In this document: positions 56,456 through 64,000 of the stretch, piece by piece
Layout of the letters: the number at the start of each line of letters is the position of its first letter
Position numbering within the stretch: the first letter of the stretch is position 1
Assembly (NCBI GenBank): GCA_028867755.1
Contig: JAGWFT010000001.1
Location: 260,727-324,726 of the forward strand
DNA length: 64,000 nucleotides
DNA from: Nitrososphaerota archaeon
GTDB lineage: Archaea; Thermoproteota; Nitrososphaeria; Nitrososphaerales; Nitrosopumilaceae
Direction of reading: 5' to 3'
The notes under the pieces: generated by a model
Databases searched by the model: none
What the model was told of the DNA's origin: nothing
What the model saw: the letters and a program-made list of their open reading frames with translations, nothing else
Program-made: the position numbers and the translations under genes

Positions 56456-57433
56456 TTGTACTTGATGGAAACTGTTAAGCTAAGGGGAGGCTCTCCTCTA
56501 TATGATAAGATTTTCAAAATTGGAGCTGCTATTGCTGCCACTTATGTGCTGGCAATCATAGTTCTGATCGTAGTTCAGCTAGTTACTAACTCGTATCAAA
56601 TATGGGCTCAGGAGGGGATCTCGTTTCTGATTGGATCAGATTGGAATGCTGTAGAAGGCAGCGAATCATATGGTGCAGCACCTTACATAATAGGCACGTT
56701 TGTGACTGCCGGGCTTGCTATGCTTATCGGAGTGCCGTTAAGCATGGGCATTGCAATGTTTCTGTCAGAACTTGCACCTAAATTTCTGCGTTCTATACTC
56801 TCATTTATAGTTGAGTTGCTAGCTGCTATTCCAAGTATAATTTACGGGTTATGGGGGCTGTTCGTGTTTAGGACTTACCTTCTGAATTGGGTTGAAACCC
56901 CACTTAACAATGCTTTTGGCGGTAGTTTCTGGCTCTTCTCAGGAACTCCATTTGGACTTGATATCTTCACTGCAAGTGTAGTACTTGCTATTATGATAAT
57001 TCCAACAATAGCTTCTATTTCACGAGAGATCATGATTGCAGTTCCAAACAGCCAGAGAGAGGCTGCATACATGCTAGGTGCAACAAAGTGGGAAGTATTC
57101 AAGATGGCCGTAGTTCCATATTCCAAGTCTGGTCTTGTTGGCGCCTCAATACTTGGACTTGGACGGGCAGTAGGAGAAACCATGGCTATTACAATGTTAA
57201 TTGGAAATGCCACAGGACAAAGTGCATTCCCCTCATCTTTGTTCTCACCAGGTCAAACATTGTCAAGTATAATTGCAAATGAGTTTCCAGAAGCTTCCAG
57301 TGGAAGTCTTCACATGGCAGCACTAATTGGATGTGGATTGATACTTTTCATTATTGCAATAGTCATAAACATAGTTGCACAACTCCTAGTTTCTAGAGTA
57401 CTAAAAACACACCAAGGAGCAGTTTTAGTATGA
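56456..57433 (+). CDS. pstC: Phosphate ABC transporter permease PstC
   Basis: ELLAAIPSIIYGLWG, GLGRAVGETMA, TLSSIIANEF. Confidence 0.93.
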   Translation: MYLMETVKLRGGSPLYDKIFKIGAAIAATYVLAIIVLIVVQLVTNSYQIWAQEGISFLIGSDWNAVEGSESYGAAPYIIGTFVTAGLAMLIGVPLSMGIAMFLSELAPKFLRSILSFIVELLAAIPSIIYGLWGLFVFRTYLLNWVETPLNNAFGGSFWLFSGTPFGLDIFTASVVLAIMIIPTIASISREIMIAVPNSQREAAYMLGATKWEVFKMAVVPYSKSGLVGASILGLGRAVGETMAITMLIGNATGQSAFPSSLFSPGQTLSSIIANEFPEASSGSLHMAALIGCGLILFIIAIVINIVAQLLVSRVLKTHQGAVLV

Positions 57434-58344
57434 TCACAATAGAGCAACGAGCAGAATTTAGGAAACATTTTAGAAATAATATCTCAAGTAGGCTAATTAC
57501 CGATAAGATAGTAAAGGGAATTGTATTTGGCTGTGTTCTACTAGCCATAATTCCTCTAGGAAGTATTCTTCTTGAAATTGTAAGAAACGGAGCTCCTGTA
57601 TTGAGCATAGAATTCCTTACTGCTCCTCCTGGAGCAGTAGGATCAGATGACCCTGGTGGAATTGGTCCTGCGATTCAAGGAACTTTAATGTTAATTGGTA
57701 TGTCAAGCTTAATTGGAGTACCAGTTGGGGTCTTGGGGGGCATATTTCTTTCAGAGTATGGCAACAACAAATACGGCCAGATGATAAGATTTTTCAACGA
57801 TGTCTTGGCAGAATTTCCTACCATCGTAATAGGACTTTTTGCATTTGCGGTCATCGTACTTACACTTGGTTACTTTTCTATTGTTGCAGGAATGTTTGCA
57901 CTATCAGTTATAATGTTGCCAATTATAACAAGAACAACTGAAGAATCACTGAAGCTTGTTCCTGTGACATACAGAGAGGCAGGATATGCACTTGGAATCA
58001 AAAGATCGGTGGTAATATTTAGAATTCTGTTAACAAGTGCCAAAAGTGGCTTGATCACGGGAATCATGTTATCAATAGCAAGAATAGCAGGTGAGACGGC
58101 TCCTCTAATTTTTACAATTCTTGGTAACAGTGACTTTTTTTCAGGTTTTGATCAACCGGTGGATGCTTTACCGCTCAGAATCTACCGACTCGCAAATCTT
58201 CCTTATGACACTGCAACAGCTCAAGGATGGGGAGGGGCGTTAATTTTGATATTAATAATACTCACACTTAACGTAGGAGTAAGATACTTGTTCCTAAGAA
58301 AACGTGGAGGAGGTGGCAGATTTAGAATCGCAGCAGGTGGATAA
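57430..58344 (+). CDS. pstA: Phosphate ABC transporter permease PstA
   Basis: [26 protein letters not shown]. Confidence 0.93.
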   Translation: MITIEQRAEFRKHFRNNISSRLITDKIVKGIVFGCVLLAIIPLGSILLEIVRNGAPVLSIEFLTAPPGAVGSDDPGGIGPAIQGTLMLIGMSSLIGVPVGVLGGIFLSEYGNNKYGQMIRFFNDVLAEFPTIVIGLFAFAVIVLTLGYFSIVAGMFALSVIMLPIITRTTEESLKLVPVTYREAGYALGIKRSVVIFRILLTSAKSGLITGIMLSIARIAGETAPLIFTILGNSDFFSGFDQPVDALPLRIYRLANLPYDTATAQGWGGALILILIILTLNVGVRYLFLRKRGGGGRFRIAAGG

Positions 58345-58345
58345 A

Positions 58346-59152
58346 ATGGAAACGCTCACAAGAACTCCGACTACACAGAAATCTTCAGAAGAACCACGAT
58401 ACAAGCTAATTGCAGAAGATATTGTTGCAAGCTACAATGGTATTCAAGCTGTAAAGAAAGTTAACATGAAATTTAGAGAAAAAGCAGTTACTGCACTAAT
58501 AGGACCATCTGGATGTGGAAAAACTACATTCCTTCGCTGTCTTAACAGAATGCATGAATTGACAAAGAGTGCCACAGTGACTGGAAAAGTTTTGCTGGAT
58601 GGTCAAGATCTGTATTCAAATCGAGAAGATGCCATTATGCACAGAAGAAAGATAGGAATGGTCTTCCAAAAACCAAATCCATTTCCTACAATGTCAATTT
58701 ATGATAACGTAGCTGCAGGACTGAAGTTAAACGGTGTAAAAGACAAAAAGGTCATGGATCAAATAGTACAAGGATGTCTAGAAATGGTATACCTCTGGGA
58801 TGAGGTAAAGCATGATCTGAAAAAGGCTGGAATGAGCCTTTCAGGAGGACAACAACAACGTCTGTGCATTGCGCGTGCCCTTGCTATACAACCCGAAGTT
58901 CTCTTGATGGATGAACCTGCATCTGCACTTGATCCAATTGCTACTCAGAAGATTGAAGAAATGATAAACGAGCTTAAAAAAGAATATACCATAATCATAG
59001 TAACACATAACATGCAGCAGGCTGTGAGAGTGTCTGATTATACCGGCTTTATGTATCTGGGAGATTTGGTTGAGTTTGGGGAGACTAAACAAATCTTTGA
59101 GAATCCAAGAAATGAGATTACGGCCAAGTATGTCCAGGGGCAATTTGGCTAG
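58346..59152 (+). CDS. pstB: Phosphate ABC transporter ATPase PstB
   Basis: [42 protein letters not shown]. Confidence 0.95.
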   Translation: METLTRTPTTQKSSEEPRYKLIAEDIVASYNGIQAVKKVNMKFREKAVTALIGPSGCGKTTFLRCLNRMHELTKSATVTGKVLLDGQDLYSNREDAIMHRRKIGMVFQKPNPFPTMSIYDNVAAGLKLNGVKDKKVMDQIVQGCLEMVYLWDEVKHDLKKAGMSLSGGQQQRLCIARALAIQPEVLLMDEPASALDPIATQKIEEMINELKKEYTIIIVTHNMQQAVRVSDYTGFMYLGDLVEFGETKQIFENPRNEITAKYVQGQFG

Positions 59153-59779
59153 TTGACAAGACTAATAGATCCCCATCTACAAAAACTATCTTTCCTGATG
59201 GGGAAAATGGGTACAATGGCTCTTCAATCCATAAACTTGTCCTTAGATTCTTACCTTGAGGGAAAAAATGTGCGCCATGAAGCACACAAGTTGTCTCAGG
59301 AGATAATGAGCCTGTATGACGAGGTAGGCAACTTGACGTTTGAAATGATACTGAAATACCAGCCTGTTGCAAGCGATTTTAGATTAATCAGGTCATGCAT
59401 TGAGGTTTCCTATGGTTTCACTCGTTTTGGTCGCTATGCATATGACATTGCAGCAGTCAGAGACATGTTCGGTGATCTTTCAGAATGCAGAAACGATGTC
59501 ATCTACACGCTTTCAGGCGAGATAAAACATATGATAAATCTAGCAGTAGAGTGCTTTGCAACTTTGGACTTGGAAAAGACAAAGCAACTTAGAACAGATG
59601 AGGACTTGGTAGACAAGTACTATAACAAACATCTTCCAATGTTGATTAATTCCAATAATGTAAAATGCGCCCTTGCTGATGCATTGGTTCTTAGATATCT
59701 GGAAAGAATAGCTGATCACGCTGCATTCATGGGTGAGTCGGCAGAGTATATTGTCACAGGACAACGACGTTTTCACTAA
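59153..59779 (+). CDS. phoU: Phosphate transport regulator PhoU
   Basis: YQPVASDFR and YLERIADHA; follows pstB. Confidence 0.9.
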   Translation: MTRLIDPHLQKLSFLMGKMGTMALQSINLSLDSYLEGKNVRHEAHKLSQEIMSLYDEVGNLTFEMILKYQPVASDFRLIRSCIEVSYGFTRFGRYAYDIAAVRDMFGDLSECRNDVIYTLSGEIKHMINLAVECFATLDLEKTKQLRTDEDLVDKYYNKHLPMLINSNNVKCALADALVLRYLERIADHAAFMGESAEYIVTGQRRFH

Positions 59780-59884
59780 CTATTCTTCATAACTGTATCA
59801 TATCTATATAGTTAACATAGCTTATGGGTAATTATGTAAACTATTCTGAACATATGTAAATAACAAATCTTTTGCCATCCAATC

Positions 59885-61063
59885 ATGAAGAAAATTCTTC
59901 TTGCATTAGTTTTCATGCTAGTGCTAATAATGCCGGCAACTATGCTACATGCAAGTGCACAGACACAGTCATATTCAATCACAGGAGCTGGCTCGACCTT
60001 TGTATTTCCACTAATGGATACATGGCGAGTGCAATACAACAATCTGCATTCCAATATACAGCTAAACTACCAATCCATTGGAAGCGGAGCAGGTATCAAG
60101 CTCTTGGAACAAAAGACTGTAGACTTTGCAGCGTCTGATGCTCCATTGCAACCATCTGAACAAGCAAAGGCGCCAGGAGTGTTGACCCTCCCAGAATCAA
60201 TTGGGGGAATAACAATATCCTACAACCTTCCTGGAATAGACAAGGGCCTTAAACTGACAGGTCCAGTAATTGCTCAGATCTTCATGGGCAATATCACTAT
60301 GTGGAACGATCCTGCCATTGCAAATCTCAATTCTGGAATCAATCTCCCAGCACAGAAGATCGAAATAGCTCATCGTTCAGATGGATCAGGAACAACCTAT
60401 GCATTTACAGATTATTTGTCCAAAGTCTATCCTCAGTGGAAAACGGTTGTAGGTCAAGGTAAAACAGTCCCATGGCCAGTAGGTACTGGCGGTCCAGGCA
60501 ATGCAGGTGTAGCCAACATTGTGAAAACTACGCCATATGCATGTGGATATGTGGAGCTTGCATACGTGTACCAAAACAACATGACATATGCATTTGTACA
60601 AAATGCTGATGGAAATGCATTTGTTGAACCCACACTAGATTCAGTAGCTGCCGATGCAGCTGCTGCATCAACAAATCTCCCAGCAGCTGATGGCGATTGG
60701 AGCAAAGTCTCTATCGTAAACCAACCTGGCAGTAATTCCTATCCAATATCTACTTTGACTTATGTAATGGTCTACAAGGACCTAAGCCAAGTAAGCGGAG
60801 AGACACAGGACAAGTCACAAGAAGTGATAAACTTCCTAAATTGGATAATACATGATGGGCAACAATATTCTTCGACGTTATTGTATGTGCCATTGCCTAA
60901 TTCAATAGTAAAGGCAGATGAACAAGGTATTGCACAAATACAGTTTGGCGGTAGCACAGTTCCGGAGTTTGGTCCAATCACAGCTCTAGTATTTACAATT
61001 GCAATTATATCTATAATTGCAGTTTCTGCTAAGACTGGTCTGCGACTTGTGTCAAAATTCTAA
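59885..61063 (+). CDS. pstS: Phosphate-binding protein PstS with a PEFG-CTERM anchor
   Basis: GAGSTF, GSGAG, DFAASD, RSDGSGTT; C-terminal VPEFG + TM helix. Confidence 0.94.
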   Translation: MKKILLALVFMLVLIMPATMLHASAQTQSYSITGAGSTFVFPLMDTWRVQYNNLHSNIQLNYQSIGSGAGIKLLEQKTVDFAASDAPLQPSEQAKAPGVLTLPESIGGITISYNLPGIDKGLKLTGPVIAQIFMGNITMWNDPAIANLNSGINLPAQKIEIAHRSDGSGTTYAFTDYLSKVYPQWKTVVGQGKTVPWPVGTGGPGNAGVANIVKTTPYACGYVELAYVYQNNMTYAFVQNADGNAFVEPTLDSVAADAAAASTNLPAADGDWSKVSIVNQPGSNSYPISTLTYVMVYKDLSQVSGETQDKSQEVINFLNWIIHDGQQYSSTLLYVPLPNSIVKADEQGIAQIQFGGSTVPEFGPITALVFTIAIISIIAVSAKTGLRLVSKF

Positions 61064-61253
61064 AAAACCCCTTTTTTCATTTTTAAAAGATCATTTAATG
61101 AAACATATCATACACATGTGTATGCCTGCAAAACTATATAGATTTAGTTGGTCTATGATTTTAGAAATTATTTTCTGTTGTAAACATAACTTATAGCTAA
61201 TTATGTATTCTATACCGATCACTTAGAAATAACTGAGAAGATCCCATAGCCTT

Positions 61254-62423
61254 ATGGTACGAAAAACAATCTTAGGTTTAGTTTTGACACTAATCCTAAT
61301 AATGCCAACCACAACGATGGTAGCACACGCACAACTAGTACAAACACCACCAACCACACCTCCAGACACAGCAAACATCAAGCTTACTGGTGCAGGTTCA
61401 TCATTTGTATTTCCAATAATGGACAAATGGAGAGTTATGTATCACGGGCTATATCCTGGAGCAACTCTCAACTATGCTTCAGTTGGAAGTGGTGCTGGTA
61501 TAACACAAATGACCAAAAAGACAGTTGACTTCGGAGCTTCCGATGCCCCATTGTCACTGAGTCAACAAAAGGCAGCTCCAAATACGCTAACCTTTGTAGA
61601 TTCAATTGGTGCAATTACGGTGTCGTACAACATACCAAGCGGTGTGATCAAGAATGGTGTTAACCAAATCATACCTAGTGGACTAAAATTAGATGGTCCA
61701 ACTATTGCAAACATCTTCGAGGGCAAGATAATATATTGGAATGATCCGGCCATACAAGCCAATAATCCAGGAATGTATCTGCCACCGGCAAAGATTACAG
61801 TAGTTCACCGTTCTGATGGTTCAGGAACAACATATGCATTCACAGACTACTTGTGCAAGGTTAGTAGTACTTGGAAACATGATATCGGAGAAGGAACCGC
61901 AGTTCCATGGAGATCTGGAATTGGAGGTCCTGGCAATGCAGGCGTTGCACATTATGTCCAAATAACTCCATATTCAATTGGATATGTAGAACTTGCATAT
62001 GCACAACAAAACCATATGTCATATGCAGCTGTTAAAAATGCCGACGGAAACGCATTTTTACTACCAACATTAGATGGAACAAAGGCAGCAGCTAGCACTA
62101 TAACGAGTCTACCTGCCTCAAATGGAGATTGGAGCAAGGTTTCAATCACTAATGCACCGGGAGCTAATTCCTATCCAATTGCTTCATTGACCTACATCAT
62201 GGCATATCAGAACCGCGATACAATAAAGAACACTGACTTGAACAAAGCAAATGCTCTAGTCTCTTTCATATATTGGATCGTAACAGATGGGCAGCAATAT
62301 GCTACAAATCTCTGGTATGTGCAACTTCCTCAAAACATCCAACTGGTTGACATCAACGGACTTCAAATGTTCAAGTACAAAGGACAACAGTTGTGGAACG
62401 ACACGGCCAATTCAGGCACTTAA
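61254..62423 (+). CDS. pstS: Second phosphate-binding protein PstS (no C-terminal anchor)
   Basis: GAGSSF, GSGAG, DFGASD, RSDGSGTT. Confidence 0.93.
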   Translation: MVRKTILGLVLTLILIMPTTTMVAHAQLVQTPPTTPPDTANIKLTGAGSSFVFPIMDKWRVMYHGLYPGATLNYASVGSGAGITQMTKKTVDFGASDAPLSLSQQKAAPNTLTFVDSIGAITVSYNIPSGVIKNGVNQIIPSGLKLDGPTIANIFEGKIIYWNDPAIQANNPGMYLPPAKITVVHRSDGSGTTYAFTDYLCKVSSTWKHDIGEGTAVPWRSGIGGPGNAGVAHYVQITPYSIGYVELAYAQQNHMSYAAVKNADGNAFLLPTLDGTKAAASTITSLPASNGDWSKVSITNAPGANSYPIASLTYIMAYQNRDTIKNTDLNKANALVSFIYWIVTDGQQYATNLWYVQLPQNIQLVDINGLQMFKYKGQQLWNDTANSGT

Positions 62424-62609
62424 ATGCCCTAATTTTTTCATTTTTTTGAATTATATCACTAATGTAAATTATGATATAGTTTCTCGATAACTTGGCAGTA
62501 CCTAAATTATGAACTCAAAAGAAGAAATCATGCGCATATAGAAGCTATGATAACTATTTGCGCTGGATTAAAGTTGCATCTAGAATATCTATAGTGTAGT
62601 GATAGAATC

Positions 62610-62801
62610 GTGCCAGACAAGATCTGCAGAACATGTGGTGAAGAGTTGATCGGATATTCACAGTGCTTTGAATGTAAAAAACCAATACAACATATCTGTA
62701 TAAAATGCGGAAAAAGAACTGTAGAACGACTCCATTTGAGATGTTTTACTCACATAAAGTATGACTTTTCAGTGCCTGCCAATATTTCCTTGGCGGAATG
62801 A
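62610..62801 (+). CDS. Small double zinc-ribbon protein
   Basis: CRTC, CFEC, CIKC and H..C. Confidence 0.7.
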   Translation: MPDKICRTCGEELIGYSQCFECKKPIQHICIKCGKRTVERLHLRCFTHIKYDFSVPANISLAE

Positions 62802-62903
62802 TTGATCTTTGACCCTACAGGTTAACTATAGAATACGTTAATTCAATTTTTTTTCATAGCATGATTGTTTCTATGAAATCTATTTTCTACAAAGAAAAAT
62901 ACA

Positions 62904-63464
62904 ATGTCTTTCCATCACAATCTAATGACAAACAAACTGTTTATTCCATCTGGAATCATAGCAATTCTTACGCTACTGTCAATAATTCCAGTAATGCCGG
63001 CATCAGCAGGTGATGCGACAATGCAACAAGTCATCTCTACGAGCATAAACGGATTTGCGTTTACAAATGACAATGGTTGTTGTCCAGACGTGTCGGTTTA
63101 TCTTGGTGGTAACATGGTAACAGGTACAGACGGAACAATAACACTCTCACAACAAAGTGGAAGTATTACAATAGGCTCAACTACCTACAAACTACAATTC
63201 ATACCAAGTGACAAACTGGGAACAGAAATAATTAATGACAATAACTGTTCTTCGGGAATCACTTATCAACAAGATGGAAAGGTTGACTTGATTGGAAACG
63301 ATGGAACAGTAATCAAAGGATCGGGAGTCTATTCTTGGGGTACAGGGCCTAGCTGCTCTGGGGAAAAAAATTCCTTTACTAACTTTAGTGGAAAGATACA
63401 AGACTCTGTAGGTCAGACTTCGGAATTCTACACTGGTACAGATCTATTACCAAACATTCAGTAA
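62904..63464 (+). CDS. Secreted hypothetical protein
   Basis: Signal peptide; Gly/Ser/Thr-rich beta region with paired Cys. Confidence 0.7.
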   Translation: MSFHHNLMTNKLFIPSGIIAILTLLSIIPVMPASAGDATMQQVISTSINGFAFTNDNGCCPDVSVYLGGNMVTGTDGTITLSQQSGSITIGSTTYKLQFIPSDKLGTEIINDNNCSSGITYQQDGKVDLIGNDGTVIKGSGVYSWGTGPSCSGEKNSFTNFSGKIQDSVGQTSEFYTGTDLLPNIQ

Positions 63465-63561
63465 ATTTCCTACTTTTCTTTTTTTCTATACAGATTCATG
63501 TTACAACTAACGAATTGTTCCATTAGTGATCTTTTTTAAAGAAGCAAGTGAGATCTCGACA

Positions 63562-64000
63562 GTGGACGGACTCTTAATTGGCAGATTCCAGCCATTTCAC
63601 ATTGGACATCTATCGGCTGTCAAATTTGCCCTCTCAAAGGTAGAAAACCTCTGGATAGGAATAGGAAGCTCAAACAAGAGCAATGAAAAAAGGAATCCAT
63701 TTACTGCAGACGAAAGAAAAGAGATGATTCTCTCCTCGCTTGACCCTCAAATTGCGAAGAAGATCCAAGTGTATTATGTTCCAGACACAGGAGACCATGA
63801 TAAATGGACATACCATGTTGATTCAATCGTACCAAAGTATGATGTTGTGTTTTCAAATGATGACTTTACCTTATCCCTTTACCAAAAAAGAGGAATAGAG
63901 GTAATTCCCGTTCCATTGTTGCAAAGGGAGATGGTTTCTGGCACAAACATACGGGAAATGATCGCTAGGGAAAAAGATTGGTACAGTCTGGTTCCAGAAG
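63562..64000 (+). CDS. nadM: Nicotinamide-nucleotide adenylyltransferase, 3' truncated by the window edge
   Basis: Hand translation from GTG: MDGLLIGRFQPFHIGH...GSS...NPFTADER. Confidence 0.9.
   Translation, partial: MDGLLIGRFQPFHIGHLSAVKFALSKVENLWIGIGSSNKSNEKRNPFTADERKEMILSSLDPQIAKKIQVYYVPDTGDHDKWTYHVDSIVPKYDVVFSNDDFTLSLYQKRGIEVIPVPLLQREMVSGTNIREMIAREKDWYSLVPE

Overview
This window is archaeal DNA, most likely from an ammonia-oxidising Nitrososphaerota (Nitrosotalea-like). The taxonomy is inferred from PEF(G)-CTERM surface proteins, gene content and TTG/GTG starts. From left to right it contains: (1) the housekeeping block rpoL-tfs-pcna; (2) a defence locus with an AbrB/PIN toxin-antitoxin pair, an Hjc-like nuclease and a complete type I-B CRISPR-Cas system (cas6-8-7-5-3, a 37-repeat array on the opposite strand, cas4-1-2), with an inverted anti-repeat at the array trailer and an orphan foreign-type repeat after cas2; (3) core genes (aspartate kinase, cbiH, tyrS, an MtrA-like gene, bluB, tRNA-Arg with a D-loop intron); (4) a ~11.9 kb integrative element in tRNA-Val(GAC) with a 16-bp att duplication, carrying a tyrosine integrase, surface proteins, Vsr, a C5 DNA methylase, a receiver protein, a MORC/GHKL-histidine kinase fusion and a 400-bp array of covarying hairpins with a fixed CTA-TAGG-TAG core; (5) arsenic and phosphate genes, three related putative small RNAs with a shared promoter motif, a probable PPK3-type polyphosphate locus (two TMK-like genes, sixA, ppx, CHAD) and a pst/phoU cluster with two pstS genes. 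All calls were made by eye from motifs; no database searches were run.
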